Assembly (NCBI GenBank): GCA_013203955.1
Contig: JABMOY010000140.1
Coordinates: forward strand, 1,362 to 65,361
Direction of reading: 5' to 3'
DNA length: 64,000 bases
From: Rhodospirillales bacterium
GTDB lineage: Bacteria; Pseudomonadota; Alphaproteobacteria; Rhodospirillales; Casp-alpha2
The notes below the pieces were generated by a model that was not told where the DNA came from, ran no database searches, and was given only the letters and a program-made list of their open reading frames with translations. A program made the translations under genes and the position numbers. Numbering within the stretch: the first letter of the stretch is position 1; each line of letters opens with the position of its first letter. Below, one piece after another: positions 46,719 through 53,627 of the stretch.

Positions 46719-48100
46719 TGTTTGGTCTCTCCGGCGACGCGGCTGCGGCCCTCAACGGCAAAGGTTGAGAATTCATCGATGACGGCATCGCTTAGCGTTC
46801 CCGGTATGCGGACAATGACAAGCCTACCCTCGTCCTGATCCGGGGCAACGGAGAAAGAATGGCTAACCATCGGTCGAATATAGGCAGAATCGCCGGGGTT
46901 GATAATGTCCGCATTTTCGTTTTCGCCCTCGTTCCAAAGAACGGAGACGGGCACGCCGCCGTAATTGTAGACATATTGATGAAGGCTGTGGCGGAATTGC
47001 CCTTCGGTCGTATCCACGCCGGACAGTACGCTGAGATCGAATCCCTTTAGGCCCGGCTGGCGCCGGGTGCGGGCTAATTCACGCATCCGGTAAGCAGGAT
47101 TATTGACTTTCGGATAAAGACGCTCGGGGGTATCACCGGCATAGCGGACGGTCACAGGACCTTCATCTTCCAGCGGCGTCACCATCAAGTCTTCGGCCCG
47201 GATGTGAAGGGCCTTGGCCAGGGCGACCGTTTCGTCGGCTGTCGGCACCTCGTTTCCGCCTGTCAACATGTCGATGCGGGTCCGATCCATCCCGCCCGCT
47301 AGCAACCGGTCGGCCAGGTCTTGTCGGTTGAGGGACTCGGCGGCTAGATACCTGTCGAGCCGCGCTCGGAACGCGCCGATGCTGTTCGTCGGATTTCCGG
47401 CCAATTCGTCGGCGCTGTTAGGGCCGATCAATCCGAATTGGCCCAGCGCCCGGCGAACATCACCGCCGTAGGTGACGGCGAGGATCAGGCCGGGCCGGTC
47501 GGGGTTACGACCGGCGAACGAGTGCGGCACAAAAGGAGAAATGTAATTGGAATCACCGGTATTCATTTCCGTGCAGTAGCCCTGCCCGGCGATCCGCCAA
47601 TAAAAGTTCACTTCGCCGATGAAGAACGTGCATTGATGCATCAGGTGGCCGTGGTTATAGGCGACATCCGGGTTGTCCGGGTCGGCATCGTCGACGAGGC
47701 GAATCGGCTGTATCCATTCCGGCTTGAAAGGCGCGGTACGGCTCATGGCGGTATCACGGTATTCGTAATAGGGCGTAAGATCGCCGTCGCGGTCCTTGCG
47801 ATCAAAGAAGCGTAGGGTCGCCCGGCTTTCTTCGTCCCGCATGATTTTCACGCCGGATTCGGTATCGTCAGGTTCCACCCAAAGGTCGGCCAGGGAAACC
47901 GGATATTTATCCGCCATGGCACGGATGATCGCTTCCGCCGTTTCCACGGGGGAGCGACCATCGATGGCGGCATGAATGGTATCAATATCGAATTCTATTT
48001 CTTCCGCTAGGGCCTCGGGGGTGCGCTTTAGGTCGTTGGCTTCGGAAAAGATTCGGGAACCCAATGCCGCTAAATGTCTTTTATCGCGAGTCTCATTCAT
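46709..48100 (-). CDS. mpnS: HEPD/MPnS-family non-haem iron oxygenase (tandem HTH-like plus cupin repeats); candidate methylphosphonate synthase
   Basis: 463 aa. Two repeats of helical HTH-like segment plus cupin. The first cupin carries AYNHGH(152)LMHQ(156)CTFFIGEVNF(166)...NYI(187)SPFVPH(193), the His-x3-Gln...His pattern with Phe/Ile neighbours that I recall for MPnS. The second cupin lacks an equivalent ligand set. Confidence 0.6.
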   Translation of the reverse strand: MNETRDKRHLAALGSRIFSEANDLKRTPEALAEEIEFDIDTIHAAIDGRSPVETAEAIIRAMADKYPVSLADLWVEPDDTESGVKIMRDEESRATLRFFDRKDRDGDLTPYYEYRDTAMSRTAPFKPEWIQPIRLVDDADPDNPDVAYNHGHLMHQCTFFIGEVNFYWRIAGQGYCTEMNTGDSNYISPFVPHSFAGRNPDRPGLILAVTYGGDVRRALGQFGLIGPNSADELAGNPTNSIGAFRARLDRYLAAESLNRQDLADRLLAGGMDRTRIDMLTGGNEVPTADETVALAKALHIRAEDLMVTPLEDEGPVTVRYAGDTPERLYPKVNNPAYRMRELARTRRQPGLKGFDLSVLSGVDTTEGQFRHSLHQYVYNYGGVPVSVLWNEGENENADIINPGDSAYIRPMVSHSFSVAPDQDEGRLVIVRIPGTLSDAVIDEFSTFAVEGRSRVAGETKQWF

Positions 48101-48110
48101 CGGCCGCGCC

Positions 48111-49223
48111 TTATTCCTTGAATACCTTTAGGGCTTTTTCATAATCCTCGACGGTGTCGATTTCCTTCCAGCCGCGCTCAATCATGACGCAGTGGACAGG
48201 AACGCCTAGATCAACCATTTCCTGGATCATGTCGGTCAGATATGCTTTCTGGAAAACCGCTGCACGCTGGAAAGGTTTGTCCCAGAAAACTTCCTTGGCG
48301 CGGTGGAAGTGTTTCTTGAAAATTCCGGCGCCCCTTGGCGACAATTTCATCATGCCGATGAATTCGCCATGAACGTCGTGCTTATCGGCAAAAATTTTTC
48401 CAATTTCAACGACGTTATTGTTGGCGTCGAAGATGACCGTTTCGGCTTCTTCCAAGGGGTGGTCATTGCGGTCGACGTAGTACCCGCGCCAATCAAGATC
48501 GACGACGACGGAGATATCGGCTTCAGACCGCAGGAGTCGTTGGACGACCTGACTCTCAAATAGGATGTCGGAATAGGAAACGATGATATGCCCGTCCAAT
48601 TCTTTTTCCGCATAGAACAGTGAATTGAGGATGTTGTTGTCATGGTAATCAGGGTTCTCGTAATACCGAATGCCCGGGTAGTTGATCTTTTCCTTCGCAA
48701 AACCACGGATCAGGGCGACATTATTTAGCCCGCATTCCTGAAACGCCGCCAATTGCCGCTGCAACAGGGTCTGGCCATCGAAATCAAGCATGCATTTAGG
48801 CTGTGACTCGGTGTGCGCTTTCAACCGGCTTCCCATGCCGGCGGCGATGATCAGCACCTTGGTATTGGAGGACGTTATGGTTTCTCTCATTTCGTCTATC
48901 TGCTCGCCGGAAAGATTGAATTTGTGTATAGCGCGGATTAGGGGAATTGTTTCGGGCCTGTCGCGCATAATAGGGTCGACATCGGGGGCAACGGCGTTTT
49001 TCGACTGACCGGCAAGATCGAAAAGTTTTTCGGTGTCGGCATCCAGAATTTCAGCAAGGGATTCGATGGCTTCAACCCTCGGAGCAACACGTTTGTTTTT
49101 TTCGATATCATTCAGATAAGAAGGCGAAACCTTCAGCGCACGCGCCAGTTCCCGCTGTCCAATTTCCCTTTGCATCCTTAAGGACCGGACATATTCGCCA
49201 AAAGTCTCTTTTCCTTCATGCAT
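48111..49223 (-). CDS. XRE-type HTH domain fused to a LicC/PntC-like nucleotidyltransferase
   Basis: 370 aa. N-terminal HTH (GQRELARALKVSPSYLNDIEKNKR). A nucleotidyltransferase domain follows from about residue 120 (VLIIAAGMGSRLK...). Visibly lower GC than neighbouring genes. Confidence 0.8.
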   Translation of the reverse strand: MHEGKETFGEYVRSLRMQREIGQRELARALKVSPSYLNDIEKNKRVAPRVEAIESLAEILDADTEKLFDLAGQSKNAVAPDVDPIMRDRPETIPLIRAIHKFNLSGEQIDEMRETITSSNTKVLIIAAGMGSRLKAHTESQPKCMLDFDGQTLLQRQLAAFQECGLNNVALIRGFAKEKINYPGIRYYENPDYHDNNILNSLFYAEKELDGHIIVSYSDILFESQVVQRLLRSEADISVVVDLDWRGYYVDRNDHPLEEAETVIFDANNNVVEIGKIFADKHDVHGEFIGMMKLSPRGAGIFKKHFHRAKEVFWDKPFQRAAVFQKAYLTDMIQEMVDLGVPVHCVMIERGWKEIDTVEDYEKALKVFKE

Positions 49224-49305
49224 GTAAAACCTTGATTCTCCAGTGTTCTACTGTTCGCAAACAAGTTAACACTTAAATAAACCCTGTCGCAATACTAAAA
49301 AAACA

Positions 49306-51150
49306 TTACTTTCCAATGGCTTGATCTCTCTTGCAGCCTGCAGCGACGGCATCTCTGCCAATATCGCCGAAACAATCGATGATGCGTTGGTCGGTGATTT
49401 CAGGAATCTCGGCCATGCGTTCCGCAATCAGGGCATTGAAGCGGGAAATCAGTTGGTGGTCGGGGCGGTACAGGTTGTGGGTTTCCGACGGGTCGTCCCG
49501 GATATTGAACAGTTCTGGGCCATCGGGGCTGAACTTGTCGGCCGGGTCCTTGTATTCGCGCCAGCAATAAAGGTGGTCTTTCGTGCGCACGGCGAAATAA
49601 AGGGGTCGGTGGTCGAACAGGCAATTGCCGCCGTAGAAGGTTTCCAGCAACACATGATCCCTATCGCCGCCTCCCGGTTCGGTGACCGCTAGGCCCTCCC
49701 AGTCCGGGGCCGGGTCGACCCCTGCCAGGGCGGCTACCGTCGGCGGCATGTCGGCGATGGTGAACAGCCCGTCGAGGCGCGTCTTGCCGATTTTCGGGTG
49801 GGAAAAAACCATCGGCACCCGCGTGTTGTGGGTGTAGTGCAGGAAATAATGGCCGAAATCGCCGTGATCGCCCAACTCCTCTCCGTGGTCGCCGGCAACG
49901 ATAATCAATGTGTCGTCCCTGAGGCCTAGCCGTTCGACGGCGTCGACGATGCGCCCGATCTCATCATCTGTTGAGCGCACGGCGCAATCGTAAAGGGCGG
50001 AAAAGGCATCGCCGTCTTGTTTTCTTTTCGGCTTGCCGTCGAAGGACAGGGAAGGATCGATATCCGGAGAATAACCGAGTGCCTCCAGCAGCCGGGGGGT
50101 GTGCCGATACCACTTTCGGCCCGGCCCTGAAACATAAGGGTGGTGAGTGTCCATGAAGTGGGTCCAGATGAAAAAGGGCTTCGTTTTATCCCGCTGCTCC
50201 AGCAGGCCGATGACCTTGTCGGCCAGGGAGTGGGCATCGGGGTAGATCTTGAAGCGGTTTTGCCGCGCCCGCGCCCATTTGGCATTTACCCAGCCAAGCA
50301 ACAGGTTGCCGGCGCGGAAAAAAAGCTCTGCGATCAGCCTGGAAGGTTTCCGGCAATAACGCCATTCCCTGACCAGCCAGCGGTTCATCCATTCCTTGCC
50401 GACCGGCGTCGGGATCAGGTGGCGGCGGATATAGGCAATCTTACCGGCCTGGTATTCCTGCCGGTGGCGACCGATGGCGGCCTTGATCTTGGCGAAGTCG
50501 TAGCGCGAATTGACCAGCGCCGAATCAGGAAAGTCGCGGTCGATTTCATCGCCCCGCTCAAGTATCAGGTCGCAATAAACCGACGTGTTGTCAAAAAACC
50601 GCAACAGCACGGGATCGACTTTGCCTAACAGTTCGCCGTCGTTGATGTTGCCTTTCTCAAACTCCAGAAGGGTGTTGCGGATCATCGCCAGGGCGACGCC
50701 CGGCAAGGAGTTCAGCCCGAAGGTTTGGATTTCCTCGTCAATGCCTTCGTCATATCCGAAAAACCTGTTGACCCAATGAAGCGTGGTCAAGCACGTGGTT
50801 TTGTAGCCAGCGTCATGGAACCGCTTGAACACGGTTTCGGGCCGGCCTTCGGCGCCGTAATCGTATCCTCCGTAGGACAAGGGGCGGCTTGACGTGAACA
50901 TCTGCGCGCTGGCGGCCTGGGTGAAGGTGGCCATGGAAAAAGCGTTTTCACAGACGACGGCCGTTTTGGCCAGCCGTTCCAGGGTGGGGGTCGTCGGACG
51001 GTCGTAGCCATGCAGGCTGGTACGGTCGGCGCGTAGCGCGTCGACGGTCAGCATCAGGATGTTGGGTTGTTGATGTCGATGATCCATCAAATTATATCCA
51101 GGAGAAGGCTTTTGGCGTCGTTCTGGGAATCGCCGAAACGGAATTCCCAA
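49306..51150 (-). CDS. Alkaline-phosphatase-superfamily (sulfatase-fold) protein lacking the formylglycine motif
   Basis: 614 aa. Sulfatase-like N-terminus PNILMLTVDALRAD...TPTLERLA...NAFSMATFTQAASAQMFTSSRP and a later VAGDHGEELGDHG block. The position of C-x-P-x-R is occupied by T-Q-A-A-S. An alternative start is M22 at 51087. Confidence 0.75.
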   Translation of the reverse strand: MGIPFRRFPERRQKPSPGYNLMDHRHQQPNILMLTVDALRADRTSLHGYDRPTTPTLERLAKTAVVCENAFSMATFTQAASAQMFTSSRPLSYGGYDYGAEGRPETVFKRFHDAGYKTTCLTTLHWVNRFFGYDEGIDEEIQTFGLNSLPGVALAMIRNTLLEFEKGNINDGELLGKVDPVLLRFFDNTSVYCDLILERGDEIDRDFPDSALVNSRYDFAKIKAAIGRHRQEYQAGKIAYIRRHLIPTPVGKEWMNRWLVREWRYCRKPSRLIAELFFRAGNLLLGWVNAKWARARQNRFKIYPDAHSLADKVIGLLEQRDKTKPFFIWTHFMDTHHPYVSGPGRKWYRHTPRLLEALGYSPDIDPSLSFDGKPKRKQDGDAFSALYDCAVRSTDDEIGRIVDAVERLGLRDDTLIIVAGDHGEELGDHGDFGHYFLHYTHNTRVPMVFSHPKIGKTRLDGLFTIADMPPTVAALAGVDPAPDWEGLAVTEPGGGDRDHVLLETFYGGNCLFDHRPLYFAVRTKDHLYCWREYKDPADKFSPDGPELFNIRDDPSETHNLYRPDHQLISRFNALIAERMAEIPEITDQRIIDCFGDIGRDAVAAGCKRDQAIGK

Positions 51151-51188
51151 AGTTTGGGGCGTCCTTGGTCATGAGACGCACATGGAAA

Positions 51189-52985
51189 TCAAAGCTTGGC
51201 GAGCTCGACAAGGTTGTTGAAGTTTGAATTGCGTGCGGCCAGTTCCTCGAATGTCCCGATATCGTCAATGCGACCGTCTTTCAAAAAAACCACGCGATCG
51301 CATGCTCGAACCGTACTTAGCCGGTGGGCAATGATGATCATGGTTTTTTCGCCGCGGAATTTTTCGATGGCCTGATTGACCTCCTGCTCGGTTTCGCTAT
51401 CGAGCGAAGACGTCGCTTCGTCAAAAATAAGAACCCCAGGATCACGGTAGAGAGCTCGGGCGATGCCCACGCGTTGGCGTTGCCCGCCGGAGAGGCGGGT
51501 TCCCCGGTCGCCTAATTGCGTTTCCAGGCCATCGGGCAGACCCCTAACGAAGCTCTCCAACTGCGCCAGGCGGACGGCGTTTTGTATCATGTCCTCGCTG
51601 ATCTCATGGTCAGCCAGCCCAAAGGCAATGTTACGGCGCAGGGTGTCATCGGTAATGTATATGGATTGTGGCACGTATCCGATTTGGCGGCGCCAGGCGC
51701 TAGGTGCGTCCCGTATATTCGTGCCATCGACGGTCACAGCGCCCGAGTCCGGAACCAAAAGGCTAAGCACTATATCGACCAGAGTGGTTTTGCCCGAACC
51801 GGACCGCCCCACCAAGCCCATGGACTCGCCCTTGTTTAAGACGAGATCAATGTCCTTCAAAACGGCACCGTTGCCTTGGTCATAGCTAAAGGACACTCCA
51901 TTTATAGATAGCGCCGTTTTAAATGCCAGGGTCTGGCCGTCGTCTTCCGACTCTTCGTCCGGGTTGGCACGGAATGCATGAAGGTCTTGATAGATGAGTT
52001 CGACGGCGTGCGACCCACTCTTGATGCCGTTAAGGGCGATGATGATCCTGTTCATCGACGGAATCATGCGAAAGGCGGCAATCGCGAAAAGGGTGATTGA
52101 CGAAAGAATTTCCGCCGATCGGCCGCCGCTGGAAAGAATGGATATGACAGCCAATAGGACGGCGGCGACAATCACGGACTCGACCCACAGTCGCGGCGCC
52201 CCGCTCATTGCCCTGAGCTTGGTTCGGATTCCGGCAAGTTCCAGACAGGGGCTTTCAAAGCTTTCGAGAATGTAACGCTGCCGGCCCAGAATTTTCACCT
52301 CTTTGATGTTGTGAAATCCCTGCTGCAGGGATTTTAGGACTTCCCCAGTCGCTTTTTGCTCGCGCATACCCCAGGCCGAGAACCGACTTTTTGAAAAGCT
52401 GAAAAATATGGCGACCGCCGCGCCTAGCACGAGAAACGCGCCAAGGGTCAACATCGGTTCTGCCATGAGCAGGACAACGATCAGCGCGACGATCATGACG
52501 GCTTCCGAAGCAAGGTTGATGAAACCCGTAATCACGGTGCCGAAAATAGCCGTCACAGAGCCGGTAATGTTGCGAATTAAATCTGCAGAATTCCGTCTCA
52601 AATGCAGGGAATAGGCGCCTTTAAGGTAACTGTCCAACAGGCGTACGGCCAACGAAGCTTCGTTGGCGGCGGTAAAGCTTGCCTGAAAGTAATAAAATCC
52701 GATAAGGATCAGGTTCTTGATAAGGAACCCCGCAAGGAGACCGAATGACATGAGGATCAATGCCTCGGTTTCGTTCTCGACAAAGGCCGGGCCGACTAAC
52801 TTTCCGACCACCGCAATATTTTGTATCTGGGTGGGGTCAATCAGTGCTTGGACGAAAACGAATATTAACCCGATTCCAATCGCTTCGAGCATGCCGGCAA
52901 CCAAAGCCAAAATGCTGACCGCCCCGGCATGCCACAGGGTTTTTCGCTCGATCATGGCGAGGCATTTTCGGAGTTCAGTCAACAT
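51189..52985 (-). CDS. ABC exporter, fused permease-ATPase (MsbA/PglK/Wzk-like)
   Basis: 598 aa. Six-helix TMD followed by an NBD with Walker A GRSGSGKTT, signature LSGGQRQR and Walker B LIFDEATSSLD. Confidence 0.9.
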   Translation of the reverse strand: MLTELRKCLAMIERKTLWHAGAVSILALVAGMLEAIGIGLIFVFVQALIDPTQIQNIAVVGKLVGPAFVENETEALILMSFGLLAGFLIKNLILIGFYYFQASFTAANEASLAVRLLDSYLKGAYSLHLRRNSADLIRNITGSVTAIFGTVITGFINLASEAVMIVALIVVLLMAEPMLTLGAFLVLGAAVAIFFSFSKSRFSAWGMREQKATGEVLKSLQQGFHNIKEVKILGRQRYILESFESPCLELAGIRTKLRAMSGAPRLWVESVIVAAVLLAVISILSSGGRSAEILSSITLFAIAAFRMIPSMNRIIIALNGIKSGSHAVELIYQDLHAFRANPDEESEDDGQTLAFKTALSINGVSFSYDQGNGAVLKDIDLVLNKGESMGLVGRSGSGKTTLVDIVLSLLVPDSGAVTVDGTNIRDAPSAWRRQIGYVPQSIYITDDTLRRNIAFGLADHEISEDMIQNAVRLAQLESFVRGLPDGLETQLGDRGTRLSGGQRQRVGIARALYRDPGVLIFDEATSSLDSETEQEVNQAIEKFRGEKTMIIIAHRLSTVRACDRVVFLKDGRIDDIGTFEELAARNSNFNNLVELAKL

Positions 52986-53069
52986 GGTTCAGTCAAGCCA
53001 GTCGTTCCAGCATTGTCCCCTTGCTGAAGAATTGGAACGGCGGGGCTTTCTTTTCCGAGATGCTAAGGG

Positions 53070-53627
53070 TCATGGCCGATCCTTGCCGTCGATTTCAAGG
53101 CGCGAACGGATAAAAGCATATAACGTGCCGACGGCGTCCTCTGGGCTTTGATGGGCGGTGTCGAGTTCAAGGTCGGGCGATTGCGGCGGCTCGTATACAC
53201 TACCTGAAGAAAAGCCGATCATGCCGTCCATTTCACCTCCAGCCGCCTTGGCGTACAGGCCCTTGACGTCGCGACCGACGACCGTGTCCAGATCCGCATT
53301 GCAGAAGATTTCAAAAAAACCGGGGCCCAGCTTTTCGCGCGCGTCCCGCCGGCTCTCGCCATAAGGTGAAATAATCGGCACCAAGATGACGTCGTAAAGC
53401 CCTCGTTGTTCGGCGCAGATTTCGGCGATTAACATGTTGTTTTCCTTAACCTCGGGCTCGCTGAAACCGAGGTGACGGTGAAAGCGGCGGCGTACGTCGT
53501 CGCCGTCCAGGGTCAAGACGTCGAGCCCGTCCTTGGTCAGCTGTTCCCTGACGCCGTCGGCGATGGTGCTTTTTCCCGCCCCTGACAGCCCTGTGAACCA
53601 GATAACGCCGCCCGGCTTGCTCGTCAT
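53070..53627 (-). CDS. cysC: Adenylyl-sulfate (APS) kinase
   Basis: 185 aa from ATG 53627, which forms an ATGA overlap with the upstream stop. VIWFTGLSGAGKSTIA, LDGDDVRR, LGFS, IISPYGESR. The track start at 53762 adds an Arg-rich extension overlapping the upstream gene. Confidence 0.88.
   Translation of the reverse strand: MTSKPGGVIWFTGLSGAGKSTIADGVREQLTKDGLDVLTLDGDDVRRRFHRHLGFSEPEVKENNMLIAEICAEQRGLYDVILVPIISPYGESRRDAREKLGPGFFEIFCNADLDTVVGRDVKGLYAKAAGGEMDGMIGFSSGSVYEPPQSPDLELDTAHQSPEDAVGTLYAFIRSRLEIDGKDRP

Noticed and set aside
48111-49223. The HTH plus nucleotidyltransferase read as a toxin-antitoxin or anti-phage (MNT- or CBASS-like) nucleotidyltransferase.
   Set aside because: The nucleotidyltransferase part is a roughly 250-aa sugar/phospho-alcohol nucleotidyltransferase with the G-x-G-S-R-L-K signature. 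It is not a minimal Pol-beta-type nucleotidyltransferase. It has no HEPN or effector partner and sits inside a biosynthetic operon.
49306-51150. Annotation as a genuine sulfatase, which would imply sulfate-ester hydrolysis.
   Set aside because: The C/S-x-P-x-R formylglycine motif is absent at the aligned position (T-Q-A-A-S instead). I kept it as an alkaline-phosphatase-superfamily protein of unknown specificity.
53003-53039. Inverted repeat CGTTCCA ... TGGAACG in the gap between cysC and the ABC exporter, considered as a terminator.
   Set aside because: The stem is only 7 bp with a 23-nt loop. The T-rich tract lies on the plus-strand side, whereas both flanking genes are transcribed on the minus strand. 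It is not a convincing terminator.
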